Source: Myxococcota bacterium (GTDB lineage: Bacteria > Myxococcota > JACRCW01). Taken from it: a stretch of DNA of 56,099 bases. Of this stretch, positions 1 to 10,622 are shown in pieces. The notes beneath the pieces are model-generated. The model was not told where the DNA came from and made no database searches. It saw nothing but the letters and a program-made list of their open reading frames with translations. The translations under genes were made by a program, and so were the position numbers. The stretch is from positions 1 to 56,099 of the forward strand of contig JBFMGU010000033.1 of assembly GCA_040752415.1 (NCBI GenBank), in the 5' to 3' direction. Position 1 is the stretch's first letter, and every line of letters begins with the position of its first letter.

Positions 1-977
1 AGCAGGACCTCCACCACCTCGTCGCGGTTGGCCGCCAGCGCGAACTCCGCCCGCGCATCCGCCAGCCGCCAGGTCACCTTCTCCGCCCGCCGGCGGATCC
101 GCTCCTCCATCTCCGGATCCACCTGCTGCTGCAGGGCCAGGATCCGCTGCTGGCGACCCACGCTGGGCGGATCCCGCTCCAGCGGCGGCAGCGACTCGCT
201 CGCGGCGGGGGTGAGCGGCTCCAGGACGGGGGCGGGCGGGGGCGGGTCGGTGAGGGCGCCGGGGAGGAAGCCGCCCAGGGCGCGCGCGGGGCGCAACTGC
301 AGCTCGGGATTGCCGTCGGTGGGGCCGGCCAGCGGCGCATCCCCGGCGCGCACCACCTGCCAGCCGCCATCCAGCACCTCCGGGGGCAGGGAGCTGGTGT
401 CCTCCCGGGTGGGCACCTCCAGCCGCGCGCTCTCCTTGGTCACCCAGCGCTCGCCCTCGGGGCCGTACATGCGGAAGTGGTGGCGCTTGCGGTCGTCCTC
501 GGGGTCCTCGCCCAGCTGGGCCATTAGGCTCTCCAGCCGCGCGGGGAGCGGGGTCCCGTGGAGGCGCAGCAGCGTCTGGTGCACCCGCAGCTCCAGGGCC
601 GCGTGCGGCTTGAGGTAGACGCTGAGCATGAAGCCGATGTCGTCCAGCGTGCCGGCGTCCGGCATGAGCGGCATGGCCACGCTGAGGTTGCGGCCCACCA
701 GCTTGAACGGCGCCAGCGCGTACTTCTGGGCCAGCTTGGCCGGGAAGAGCTTCAGCTTGTCCGGCTCCGCGCCCAGCAGGTCCTCCCGGGTGGCCGGCGG
801 CAGGTCCAGCACGGCGCACAACCCGCCCAGCAGGTCCGCCTCCGAGCACAGCCCCATCTCGAGGATGTTGGTGTCCAGCGTGCCGCCGTAGATGACCTGG
901 CGCTGGTACACCTCCTCCAGCTTGTCGGCGGAGAGCTTGCCCTCGCGGACGAGCCATGTGCCCAGGTCTTCAGCCAT
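1..977 (-). CDS. FrgA-like protein with N-terminal MshEN/T2SSE_N domain (partial, runs off the left edge)
   Basis: Absent from the ORF track because it has no stop in the window. Manual translation from ATG 977 gives MAEDLGTWLVREGKLSADKLEEVYQRQVIYGGTLDTNILEMGLCSEADL...FPAKLAQKYALAPF, a degenerate MshEN motif plus GspE N-domain, followed by a Pro-rich linker. Codons are GC3-rich. Confidence 0.75.
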   Translation of the reverse strand, partial: MAEDLGTWLVREGKLSADKLEEVYQRQVIYGGTLDTNILEMGLCSEADLLGGLCAVLDLPPATREDLLGAEPDKLKLFPAKLAQKYALAPFKLVGRNLSVAMPLMPDAGTLDDIGFMLSVYLKPHAALELRVHQTLLRLHGTPLPARLESLMAQLGEDPEDDRKRHHFRMYGPEGERWVTKESARLEVPTREDTSSLPPEVLDGGWQVVRAGDAPLAGPTDGNPELQLRPARALGGFLPGALTDPPPPAPVLEPLTPAASESLPPLERDPPSVGRQQRILALQQQVDPEMEERIRRRAEKVTWRLADARAEFALAANRDEVVEVL

Positions 978-1091
978 GTCGGTGCGCCCCGTTGAGCAAG
1001 CACCGCGTCATACCTCAGGCAGCCAGCCGTTGGCTTGTCTCCGTCCGGCTCCCCTGCTGCGGGCTTCGCTGGAGGATCCTTTGGACTTCGA

Positions 1092-1331
1092 ACCGTGGAC
1101 TGCCGCCTGCACCGTCTGCACCGTTCCGAAGTCCACGGCATTGCAGGGCGCGTAAGCCCTGGCGCGGCTTCGCCGTCCAGGGCTTCTTCCGGTGGTGGAG
1201 CGCGTGGGCGGGCGGACTGCTTTCACGAATGGAAGAAGCCCTGGACGGCGAAGCCGCGCCTGGGCTTACGCCGCCCCCGCAATGCCGTGGACTTCGGAAC
1301 GGTGCAGACGGTGCAGGCGGCAGTCCACGGT
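1092..1331. repeat. Long intergenic inverted repeat (REPIN/MITE-like): ~99-bp arms, 40-bp spacer
   Basis: 1092-1190 is the near-perfect reverse complement of 1231-1331. Each arm contains its own CCGTGGAC...GTCCACGG stem. Confidence 0.9.
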
Positions 1332-1444
1332 CCGCTGCAGGGTGGCTGCCCACTGTGCGGTGCGGGCGGTTTTCAACGTGTGCCATTGAGGTAATCTGCC
1401 CCGCTGCGGCATCCGTCCGACATCACGGGGAGCGGGGTACTCAC

Positions 1445-4400
1445 ATGGTTGCGTTGCGTTCATCGCGCCTGGCGGCGCTGACGGTGGTGGGTCTGTGCGC
1501 GTGCCTGAGCACCACCGGGCCCACCACCGAGACCCGCGGGTCCATTGCCGGTCACGTCGAGCTGGATGCCACACCCGGCCTCAACGACCTCAGCCGCGTG
1601 CGCATCGACCTCGGCAACGGCGAGGGCGGCACCGTCCCCGACGAGCAGGGCAACTTCGAGCTCGCCGACCTGGAGCCGGATGTCTACGAGCTCACCGTCA
1701 CCTACGTGGGCGGGCTCAGCATCCAGGCCACTGGCTCCGCGTACGCGCGACTCAAGCAGCGGGTGGTGCTGCGCGCCGGACAGACCGCCAACCTGGGGAC
1801 CCTCAAGCCGGAGCTCGCCAAGGGGTCGCTGAGCGGGAGCGTGGTGCTGCTGGATGGCCAGTCGCCGCAGGGCGCGGAGGTGACCTTGTCCTCCGGCAAC
1901 GGCGAGACGCGCACCATCCTCCTCGAAGGCGACACGTTCGCCATTCCCGACGTCACGGTGGGCTTCCACACCCTGCGCGTGACCAAGGACGGCTATGCCG
2001 CGCCCGTCACCCCCGGCGTCCCCGACCTCCCCGAGGTCTGCGGCACCACCCTCGCCGTCAACGAGGAATCCGAGGCGGTGACGCTGGTGCCCATTGCCCT
2101 GGCCCCCACCACCGCGTCCCTGCTGCCGGGCACCGGCGAGGTGTTCCTGCAGCAGGGCGAGACGTGGCACCTCAGCGGCAGCCAGGTCACCGTGCGCGTG
2201 CTCTCCGCCTATGCCGCGCTCGGTCGGTCCTGGTGGGACGGGGAGGCGCGCCCCGAGCTCAACGACATCCCCGCCGACGGCTACCTCCTCGACGCCATTC
2301 CCGCGGGCCGCTCGGTGCGCAACTTCCAGTTCCACGACGCGTGCGTGTACGAGTCGCCGGTCCATGCCATCACCTTCATCCGTGACGTCGACAATCCCAC
2401 GTTGCAGGTGGTGGAGCTCAACGGCGGCGCCCCACAGACGCGGGAGTCCACCGTGCTGCTGCGCGCACTGGCCACCGACGCCACCTCCAGCTCCCTGGAC
2501 ATGCACGTGCTGCGCTGCCCGGTGCAGGACGACACCGCCACCTGCCCCACCGACGACACCTGGATCCCCTACCGGCCGGAGCAGCCGCTGGCGCTGGGTG
2601 ACGTCGCGGGAACCTTCGAGGTGCGCGTGCAGGTGCGCGACCTGGCAGGCAACACCTCCGAGGAGAAATCCGCGCGCGTCACCCTGGACCGCACGCCCCC
2701 GCAGGACGTCAGCATCACGGTGGGCGACGGGAGCGGCTTCATCACCACCAGCAGCCCCACCGTCCGCGTCACCGCCACCGGCGCCAGCGCCATCAAGTGG
2801 GGTGAGGCCACGGGGCTGGCGGGCGTGGAGTGGCAACCCCTGGTGCCCAGCTTCACCGTCCACTTCACCACGACGGAAGGCCCCAAGGACCTCTACGTCA
2901 TGCTGCGCGACGAGGCCGGCAACACCACCGACGAGCTGCACGTCACGGTGACGCTGGACCAACGCGGCCTGGCGCAGGGGCGGGTCACGCTGGAGGGCAA
3001 TCCGGACGCGTCTTCCGTCGTGGTGAGCGCGGATTCCGGGCAGCAGGCCGCGGTGTCCGCTTCGGGCAACTGGCTGCTCGACGGGCTCCCCGCCGGAAAC
3101 CGCACGCTCACCCTCCGCGTCGTCGGCGCCGGTGCCGACGCGTACGGGCAGGCCACGCGCGTGGTGGCCATCTCGCCTCGCAGCACCACACCCCTGGACA
3201 CCGTGCTGCTTCCCATGCTGCGTGGGCTGGTGGGCGGGCTGGTGGCGCTGGAGGATGGGGCGGCGCCGGCGGGTGTCGTCGTGGAGATTGCGGGAAGCAC
3301 GCTGGCCACCACCACCGGATCGACGGGTGCGTGGAACCTCAGCGGCGTTCCGGTGGGCACCGTGACGCTCACCTTCTCCAAGCCCGGCTACCTCAGCGCC
3401 ACGACGACGGGCATCCAGGTCACCAGCGGCCAGCTCACCAACGTGGCGCTCACCACGCTCTCCCTGCTGCGCGGCAGCGCCAGCGGAACGCTCGGTGTGG
3501 AGGACGGTGGCGACCCCACGCTCGTCGAGGTGGTGTTTGATTCCGGGCAGCGGGTCTTCGCGGGTAGCGACGGGTCGTGGAGCCTGGGCGGCATCCCCGT
3601 GGGCACCCACACCGTGCAGCTCCGGCCCACCGGCACGCTGGCCACCAGCCACGCCGTGACGGAGGTGAACGTGGTGATCACAACCGACACCACCACCGTT
3701 CCCCCGACGACGGTACCGCGTACCCGCGGGACGGCGAGCGGAACCGTGGCGCTCGAGGGTGGCGCGTCTCCGACGGGGATCCTCGTGGAGCTGGTGGGTA
3801 CGCCGTTGGCCACCACCACGTCGTCGACGGGCGGGTGGAGCCTGGTGGCGGCGCCCACCGGCAGCTGGGAAGTGCGCTTCTCCCGGGCCGGCTACGCGTC
3901 GGCCAGCGTCACCGGCGTGTCCATCACCGCCAACAACACCACCACCGTCCCCCCGACGACACTCACGCTCCTGCGCGGCAGCGCCACCGGCACGGTCTCC
4001 CTGGAAGGCGGCGGCGACGCGACGCTGATCCAGGTGGTCTCCGGCGCGGGTCAGCAGGTGTTCGCCAGCGCCGCGGGCGCGTGGACGCTCACCGGTGTTC
4101 CCGTCGGTGAACAGACCCTCGAGCTGCGCCCCACCGGTACCGCCGCGACAACGCACGAGCTGGTGCGCGTGCCCGCCTCCGTCGACGTGGGCAGCCCGGT
4201 GAACGTGGGCAGCGTGGTGCTTCCGCGCATGCGCGGCGCGCTCTCCGGCGCGGTCCTGCTCGAGGACGGGGCGACGCCGGCCGGGGTTGTCGTCGAGGTG
4301 GTGGGCACTTCCCTGGCCGCCACGACCAATTCCGCCGGCACCTGGAGCCTCACCGGCGTTCCAACCGGCACGGTGGAAGTGCGGTTCTCCCGGCCCAGCT

Positions 4401-7400
4401 ACGTCGGCACCAGCGTCACCGGTGTGGTGATCACCGCCGGCAGTACGACCACGGTTCCGACGACGACACTGTCCATCGAGCGCGGCTCCGCGCGGGGCGT
4501 GGTGACGCTGGAGGGAGGTGCCAGTCTCTCGCTGGTCCAGATCGTCGCCGACACCGGGCAGCAGATCTTCGCCGCGGCGGATGGAACGTGGACCCTCACC
4601 GGGATCCCGGTGGGCGTGCGCACCCTGGAGCTGCGGCCGACGGGAAGCGCGGCCTCCACCCACGAGCTCCTCCGCGTGACGACGACGATCACCAACGGCG
4701 CCACCAGCGACGTGGGAACGCGCATGAGCCCCAGGCTGCGCGGCAATGTTGCGGGTGTCACCCTGCTCGAGGGCGGCGCGACACCGGCGGGAATCCTCGT
4801 GGAAGTGGTGGGAACGGGGCTGGCCACGTCGACGAACTCCGCGGGCGAATGGGCGCTCTCCGCCGTGCCCGCGGCGACGGTGGAAGTGCGGTTCTCCAAG
4901 GCCGGCTACGTCACGTCGAGCGCAACCGGAGTGGTGATTCCGCCGGGCGGCTCGGTGAACGTTCCGACGACGACGCTGTCCCTGGTGCGGGGCTCGGCGC
5001 GCGGCGTGGTCTCGCTCGAGGAAGGCGGCAACCCGGCGCTCGTCCAGATCGTCGCCGACACGGGGGAGCAGACCTTTGCCGCGGCGGATGGAACGTGGAC
5101 GCTGGGTGGTATTCCCGTGGGTGCTCGAACGCTGGAGCTGCGCCCCACCGGCACCGCCGCGACGACGCATGAGGTGGTCCGCGTGTCTCCCACCGTCGAC
5201 GCCAGCAGCACGGTGGACGTTGGTGCCGTGGTTGTGCCGCGCATGCGCGGTGCGCTTTCCGGCGTGGTCTCGCTCGAGGATGGGGCGACACCGGCCGGGG
5301 TTGTCGTCGAAGTGGTGGGCACTTCCCTGGCCGCCACCACCAATTCCGCCGGCACCTGGAGCCTCAGCGGCGTTCCAACCGGCACGGTGGAAGTGCGCTT
5401 CTCCCGGTCCAACTACGTCGGCACCAGCGTCACCGGTGTGGTCATCACCGCCGGCAGCACGACCACGGTTCCGACGACGACACTGTCCATCGAGCGCGGC
5501 TCCGCGCGAGGCGTGGTGACGCTGGAGGGCGGCGCCAGTCCCACGCTGGTGCAAATCGTCGCCGACACCGGGCAGCAGATCTTTGCCGCGGCGGACGGCA
5601 CGTGGACCCTCACCGGGATCCCGGTGGGCGTGCGCACCCTGGAGCTGCGGCCAACGGGAAGCGCGACCTCCACCCACGAGCTGATCCGCGTCACGACGAC
5701 GATCACCAACGGCGCCACCAGCGACGTGGGCGCGCGCACCAGTCCCCGGATGCGCGGCAACCTCACCGGCGTGGCGGCGCTGGAGGACGCTGCCAATCCG
5801 GCGGGGATCGTGGTGGAAGTGGTGGGAACGGGATTGGCCACCACGACCAGCTCGACCGGCGAATGGACGCTGCCGGGCGTTCCCGCCGCCACCGTCGACA
5901 TCCGCTTCTCCAAGGCCGGCTACGTCACCACCACCGCCAACAGCGTCCAGGTCACCAACGGAACCACCACCACCGTCACGACCACCACGCTCGCCCTGCA
6001 GCGCGGCGGCGCGGCGGGCCTGGTGCTGCTGGAGGACGGCGCGGATGCCACGCTGGTGCAGATCACCGTCGACAGCGGGCAGCAGACCTTTGCCGCTTCG
6101 GACGGGACCTGGACCCTCACCGGCATCCCCGTGGGCGTGCACACGCTGGACTTCCGACCCACCGGCGCCATTGCCACCTCGCACCGCTTGGCGCGGACGC
6201 AGGTGACCGTCTCCAACGGCGTCATCACCACGACGGAAAACGTGGTCATCACCGTGGCGCGTGGCGCTGTCAGCGGCGTGGTGCTGCTGGAGGATGGTCG
6301 CGCTCCCACCGGCGCCGTGGCGGAAGTGGTGGGCGCGGGAATTGCCACCGCCGCGGGCTCCACCGGTTCCTTCGTCCTCTCCGACATTCCCGCCGGCACC
6401 GTGCAGGTGCAGCTCTCCATGCCCGGGTACGTCACCACCGTCGTCAACGGCGTGAACGTGCAGCCCGACCTGACCACCACGCTCTCCAACGTCACCCTCG
6501 CGCTGCAGCGCGGTGTCATCACCGGCGTGGTGGCGTTGGAAGGCGGCGGCGATCCGTCCGTCGTCGAGGTGGCCACCGACAGCGGCCAGCAGGTCTTCGC
6601 CGACGCCGCGGGCAATTGGACCCTCACCGGCGTTCCCGTCGGGACGCGCCGCGTGGAGCTGCGACCCACTGGCACCGCGGCCACGACCCATCTCGTCGAG
6701 ACCTTGGATGCCCAGGTTGACGACAGTCAGACCACCGCGCTCGGCGCCGCGCTCATTCCGCGCGCCCGCGGCACCCTGGTGGGCGTGGCCACGCTGGAAG
6801 GCACCGCCGACGCCACCGGCATCCTCGCCGAGATCCTCGGCAGCAGCGACAGCACCACCACGACGTCGACCGGCAACTACACGCTGGCGCAGGTTCCCAC
6901 CGGCACGGTCACGGTGCGCCTCACCAGGTCGGGCTACCTCCCCGTCGACGTCACCGGCGTGGTCATCACCGCGGGCCAGACCACCACCGTGCCCACGCGC
7001 CAGCTCCTCATTGACCGCGGCACGCTGCGCGGCCTGGCCGTCCACGACGACGCCACCGACCACTCCGGCATCCTGGTCTCCGTGCTCGGCACCGGGCTGA
7101 GCGCCACCACCGACGCCACCGGCGCCTGGACCATCCCCGGCGTTCCGCCCGGCCTCCACAACGTGCTCGCCACCCGCGCGGGGTACGACGACGCGCGCCT
7201 CAACGGCATCTACCTGCCGCCCGGACAGGACGTGAACGTGGGCACGCTGACGTTGACCCGTCGTCGCGGGGTGGTGCGCGGGGTGGCCACGCTGGAAGGC
7301 CAGACCGACCATTCCGGGGTGGTGGTCACCCTGCTCAACACCACCTTCCAGACCAGCACCGACTCCGGCGGCGTGTACGAGTTCCGGGTCCCGCTCGGGA

Positions 7401-10400
7401 ACTACGACGGTGTCTCCGCCTCACGCACGCACTTCGCCACCACGTCGGTGGTGGGCACCATCACCGTCACGGAGTCCGGCACCGCCACGGTGGCCGCCGT
7501 GCAGTTGGACGCCGTCAGCAACGAGGTGCGCGGCCGCGTCACGCGCTTCGGCGCCGTCAGCCACGACGGAATCCAGGTGCAGCTCCTCGGTCTTCCCGGC
7601 GAGGTCACCGAGAATCTCGTCTACACCGTGACCACGCCGGCGTCGGGAGACTTCACGTTCAGCGCCGCGGCCATTGGCCCGTACAACATCCGCTACTCCT
7701 ATCCCACGGACCCCACGTGGGAGACGGTGACCCTCGGTGTCGACGTCACGCCGGGCGCGCCCACGGTGCTCCTGCCGGTTGAGCTGCGCCAGTACTTCGT
7801 CACCATCAACAACTACGCGGCGTTCACCAACAACGCCACGGTGAGCCTCAGCCTGGGCGCCTCCAACTGCCGCGACATGTGCCTCTCCGAGGACACGCCC
7901 TGCCCCGTCACCGGCCCCTGGACCGCGTGCGCCACCAGCACCACGTTCCCGCTCAGCAACGGCGACGGCATCCGCACCGTCTACGCGCGCTTCCGCGACA
8001 ACCAGGACGTGGTCTCCGACCCGGTCAGCGACGACATCCTGCTGGACCGCACCGCCGCCATCACCTCCGTCACGCAGGACACCGGGGGCGTGCCCAAGGG
8101 CCGCAACGACGTCATCCACTTCCGCCTGGTGGCCGCGAACGCCGAGACCCCAGGAACCGCCAGCGTGGACGTCGTGGGCTACGCCGCGGGCCTCACACTC
8201 TACGACGACGGAACGCACGGCGATCCCACCGCCGCCGACGGCGCGTACGAGCTGAGCTACACCATCACCGGCTCGCAGGACGTGGTGAACGCCACCGTGA
8301 CCGGCCGCTTCACCGACGCGCACGGCAACACCGCCGCGCCGCTGAACGCCGCCGGCACCATCACGGTGGCCATCCCGCCGCTGCTGCGGGACATCGTGGT
8401 GGTGCCCGACTCCGCCACCGGCACCGCGGTCATCACCTTCGATACCGACGAGAGCACCACCGCGCGCATCGACTGGGGCACCGACAACACCTACGGCAAC
8501 TCCGCCGTCGACGGCACGTTCCGCACCACCCACACCTTCACGCTCTCCGGGCTCTCCCCCAGCACCGCGTACCACTACCGCCTGCAGGCCACCGACGTGT
8601 CCGGCAACACCGGCTCCAGCACCGACCGCGTCTTCTACGTGAAGCCCAACCCGCCCAGCGGGGTGACCGCCATTCCCGGCGTGGCGCGGTTGGACCTGCG
8701 CTGGGACGCACCGCCGCAGCGCAACGTGGCCGGCTACAACGTGTACCGCTCCACCACGTCGGGCGGAGGGTACGTGAAGCTCAACGGCGCCCTGCACGTG
8801 CACGAGGCGCTGATGTACCCGGATCTCACCGCGGCCATCGGGACCACCTACTTCTACGTCGTCACCGCGGTGGATGACCTGGGCAACGAGAGCGACTTCT
8901 CGACGGAGGTGAGCGGCACGCCCGGCACCGCGGGCAGCGGCACCAATGTCAGCGGCGCGCTGGTGGGCGACGTGGTGTGGTCCGCGCGCGGCAGCCCGTA
9001 CAACGTGGTGGGCAGCCTGGCGGTGCAGCCCGGCAACCGGCTCACCGTGGGTCCCGGCGTCACCATCAACTTCACCGGCAACTACTTCATCCGCGTCGAC
9101 GGGACGCTGGTGGTGGTGGGCGACAGCGGCGCGGGCGTCACCATCCAGGGCAGCGGCGGCTGGCGTTACATCCAGTTCACCTCCAGCTCGTCGGGGAGCG
9201 CGCAGGACCGCGAGGTGGGCCAGTACCTGGGCGGCAACCTGGTCTACCGCGCCACCGTCCGCGACGCGCGGGAGAGTGCGCTCAAGGTGGAGAACACGAG
9301 CCTCACCGTCATGCGCTCCACCCTGCGCCTCAACGGCGACACCTTTGCCGGCACCAACGGCGCGGCCATCACCACCGACAACGCCGAGCTTCTCGTGATG
9401 TCGTCGACGTTCGAGGACAACGTGGGCTCCGCGGTGTACGTGTGGCGCAGCGACGTGGACATCCTGGGCACCACCACCTTCGCCCGCAACGACGGAAAGA
9501 ACTTCCAGCCGGGCGGGCTCACCGTCACCGACTCCAGCCTGGTGCGCGTGGAAGGGGCGCGCTTCGAGGCCAACGAGGGCAACCGCTCCGTGAGCTCGTT
9601 CACCGGCGGCAGCGCCGTGCAGGTCAACGGTTACCCACCGCTGCGGTTGGACCTGGTCTCGTGCAACTTCGTGAACAACGGTCAGGCCAGCGGCTTCGCG
9701 CCCATCCACCTCGCGCCCAGCCTCACCGGGCCGGTGATCAACGTGGTGAACTCCACCTTCTCCGGCAACCGCGGCAGCAGCGCCAGCGTAGCCATCCTGG
9801 ACACCGTCTTCGGCGGGAACAGCTACCGCGCGGATCTCAATGTGCTGGGCTCGCAGTTCACCAACAACAACGGCTCGGTGCCGGTCATCGACGGGTTCGG
9901 CTCCTTCCAGGGCTACGTGGCGGCACAGGCCAACCTGTTCAACTCCGCGCCCGCGGGCACCGGCTCGCTGATCCACGACGTCATCGGCCCGGTGCGCTGG
10001 AACCACTTCAGCAACAACCTCAACACCGGCGGCATGATCCGCCCCAAGACGCGCACCACCGCGCTCAACAGCAACAACTCGTTCCTCACCGGGAACGCCT
10101 CACCCCTGGTGCGCAACACCATCGCCTACGGCACCGGCAATGACGTCACCGCCACGTCGAACTGGTGGGGCGCCGCGGTGACCGCGGAGATGGACGCCAA
10201 CGGCAGCAACGCCAACATCTCCGCCATCCATGACTTCTACGACGACATTGCGCTCAGCAAGATCCTCTATGACAGCTGGGCTCCCAACGCGTACCCGCTC
10301 CCGCAGATCACCGGCCCCCGCTTCGCGCGGCGCTACAACGCGGGTGACACGGTCAGCCTGGTGGGCACGGCCAACGACCCCGAGGACGGCGCGTTGTCGT

Positions 10401-10561
10401 CGTCAAGCCTGCGCTGGGTGTCCGACAAGGACGGCGCGCTGGGCACCGGCGCCACGCTGAACACCACCACGTTGAGCGTGAACACCCACCGCATCACGCT
10501 CATTGCCACCGACTCCAGCGGGCAGGAGGCGGAGGTGTGGACGGAAGTGGTGGTGCAGTAG
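1445..10561 (+). CDS. Giant surface lipoprotein/adhesin (~3038 aa) with carboxypeptidase-regulatory-like beta-sandwich repeats, FN3 domains and a C-terminal right-handed beta-helix
   Basis: Start MVALRSSRLAALTVVGLCAC (lipobox) with a G-rich RBS. About 19 tandem RG...G.V.LE...G.W.L.GVP.G units follow, then LYDDGTHGD (choice-of-anchor-X-like), FN3 motifs (LSGLSPSTAYHY; L.WDAP..VAGYNVYRS) and F..N beta-helix coils. Confidence 0.85.
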   Translation: MVALRSSRLAALTVVGLCACLSTTGPTTETRGSIAGHVELDATPGLNDLSRVRIDLGNGEGGTVPDEQGNFELADLEPDVYELTVTYVGGLSIQATGSAYARLKQRVVLRAGQTANLGTLKPELAKGSLSGSVVLLDGQSPQGAEVTLSSGNGETRTILLEGDTFAIPDVTVGFHTLRVTKDGYAAPVTPGVPDLPEVCGTTLAVNEESEAVTLVPIALAPTTASLLPGTGEVFLQQGETWHLSGSQVTVRVLSAYAALGRSWWDGEARPELNDIPADGYLLDAIPAGRSVRNFQFHDACVYESPVHAITFIRDVDNPTLQVVELNGGAPQTRESTVLLRALATDATSSSLDMHVLRCPVQDDTATCPTDDTWIPYRPEQPLALGDVAGTFEVRVQVRDLAGNTSEEKSARVTLDRTPPQDVSITVGDGSGFITTSSPTVRVTATGASAIKWGEATGLAGVEWQPLVPSFTVHFTTTEGPKDLYVMLRDEAGNTTDELHVTVTLDQRGLAQGRVTLEGNPDASSVVVSADSGQQAAVSASGNWLLDGLPAGNRTLTLRVVGAGADAYGQATRVVAISPRSTTPLDTVLLPMLRGLVGGLVALEDGAAPAGVVVEIAGSTLATTTGSTGAWNLSGVPVGTVTLTFSKPGYLSATTTGIQVTSGQLTNVALTTLSLLRGSASGTLGVEDGGDPTLVEVVFDSGQRVFAGSDGSWSLGGIPVGTHTVQLRPTGTLATSHAVTEVNVVITTDTTTVPPTTVPRTRGTASGTVALEGGASPTGILVELVGTPLATTTSSTGGWSLVAAPTGSWEVRFSRAGYASASVTGVSITANNTTTVPPTTLTLLRGSATGTVSLEGGGDATLIQVVSGAGQQVFASAAGAWTLTGVPVGEQTLELRPTGTAATTHELVRVPASVDVGSPVNVGSVVLPRMRGALSGAVLLEDGATPAGVVVEVVGTSLAATTNSAGTWSLTGVPTGTVEVRFSRPSYVGTSVTGVVITAGSTTTVPTTTLSIERGSARGVVTLEGGASLSLVQIVADTGQQIFAAADGTWTLTGIPVGVRTLELRPTGSAASTHELLRVTTTITNGATSDVGTRMSPRLRGNVAGVTLLEGGATPAGILVEVVGTGLATSTNSAGEWALSAVPAATVEVRFSKAGYVTSSATGVVIPPGGSVNVPTTTLSLVRGSARGVVSLEEGGNPALVQIVADTGEQTFAAADGTWTLGGIPVGARTLELRPTGTAATTHEVVRVSPTVDASSTVDVGAVVVPRMRGALSGVVSLEDGATPAGVVVEVVGTSLAATTNSAGTWSLSGVPTGTVEVRFSRSNYVGTSVTGVVITAGSTTTVPTTTLSIERGSARGVVTLEGGASPTLVQIVADTGQQIFAAADGTWTLTGIPVGVRTLELRPTGSATSTHELIRVTTTITNGATSDVGARTSPRMRGNLTGVAALEDAANPAGIVVEVVGTGLATTTSSTGEWTLPGVPAATVDIRFSKAGYVTTTANSVQVTNGTTTTVTTTTLALQRGGAAGLVLLEDGADATLVQITVDSGQQTFAASDGTWTLTGIPVGVHTLDFRPTGAIATSHRLARTQVTVSNGVITTTENVVITVARGAVSGVVLLEDGRAPTGAVAEVVGAGIATAAGSTGSFVLSDIPAGTVQVQLSMPGYVTTVVNGVNVQPDLTTTLSNVTLALQRGVITGVVALEGGGDPSVVEVATDSGQQVFADAAGNWTLTGVPVGTRRVELRPTGTAATTHLVETLDAQVDDSQTTALGAALIPRARGTLVGVATLEGTADATGILAEILGSSDSTTTTSTGNYTLAQVPTGTVTVRLTRSGYLPVDVTGVVITAGQTTTVPTRQLLIDRGTLRGLAVHDDATDHSGILVSVLGTGLSATTDATGAWTIPGVPPGLHNVLATRAGYDDARLNGIYLPPGQDVNVGTLTLTRRRGVVRGVATLEGQTDHSGVVVTLLNTTFQTSTDSGGVYEFRVPLGNYDGVSASRTHFATTSVVGTITVTESGTATVAAVQLDAVSNEVRGRVTRFGAVSHDGIQVQLLGLPGEVTENLVYTVTTPASGDFTFSAAAIGPYNIRYSYPTDPTWETVTLGVDVTPGAPTVLLPVELRQYFVTINNYAAFTNNATVSLSLGASNCRDMCLSEDTPCPVTGPWTACATSTTFPLSNGDGIRTVYARFRDNQDVVSDPVSDDILLDRTAAITSVTQDTGGVPKGRNDVIHFRLVAANAETPGTASVDVVGYAAGLTLYDDGTHGDPTAADGAYELSYTITGSQDVVNATVTGRFTDAHGNTAAPLNAAGTITVAIPPLLRDIVVVPDSATGTAVITFDTDESTTARIDWGTDNTYGNSAVDGTFRTTHTFTLSGLSPSTAYHYRLQATDVSGNTGSSTDRVFYVKPNPPSGVTAIPGVARLDLRWDAPPQRNVAGYNVYRSTTSGGGYVKLNGALHVHEALMYPDLTAAIGTTYFYVVTAVDDLGNESDFSTEVSGTPGTAGSGTNVSGALVGDVVWSARGSPYNVVGSLAVQPGNRLTVGPGVTINFTGNYFIRVDGTLVVVGDSGAGVTIQGSGGWRYIQFTSSSSGSAQDREVGQYLGGNLVYRATVRDARESALKVENTSLTVMRSTLRLNGDTFAGTNGAAITTDNAELLVMSSTFEDNVGSAVYVWRSDVDILGTTTFARNDGKNFQPGGLTVTDSSLVRVEGARFEANEGNRSVSSFTGGSAVQVNGYPPLRLDLVSCNFVNNGQASGFAPIHLAPSLTGPVINVVNSTFSGNRGSSASVAILDTVFGGNSYRADLNVLGSQFTNNNGSVPVIDGFGSFQGYVAAQANLFNSAPAGTGSLIHDVIGPVRWNHFSNNLNTGGMIRPKTRTTALNSNNSFLTGNASPLVRNTIAYGTGNDVTATSNWWGAAVTAEMDANGSNANISAIHDFYDDIALSKILYDSWAPNAYPLPQITGPRFARRYNAGDTVSLVGTANDPEDGALSSSSLRWVSDKDGALGTGATLNTTTLSVNTHRITLIATDSSGQEAEVWTEVVVQ

Positions 10562-10622
10562 ACCGGCCCTCAGGGCACGCGGGGGGCGCCTGAACCCGGA
10601 GTCCGCGCACGTCTGCCCGTCA

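Noticed and set aside
956..1444. N-terminal extension of the 3201-aa ORF
   Set aside because: It reads through the inverted repeat and overlaps the divergent gene. The signal peptide and RBS point to ATG 1445.
1460..7312. 1950-aa minus-strand ORF, plus other long antisense ORFs (7421-10006, 16739-19135, 19314-21578, 49133-51472, 53016-55298)
   Set aside because: Shadow frames of real GC3-rich genes, with no recognisable domains.
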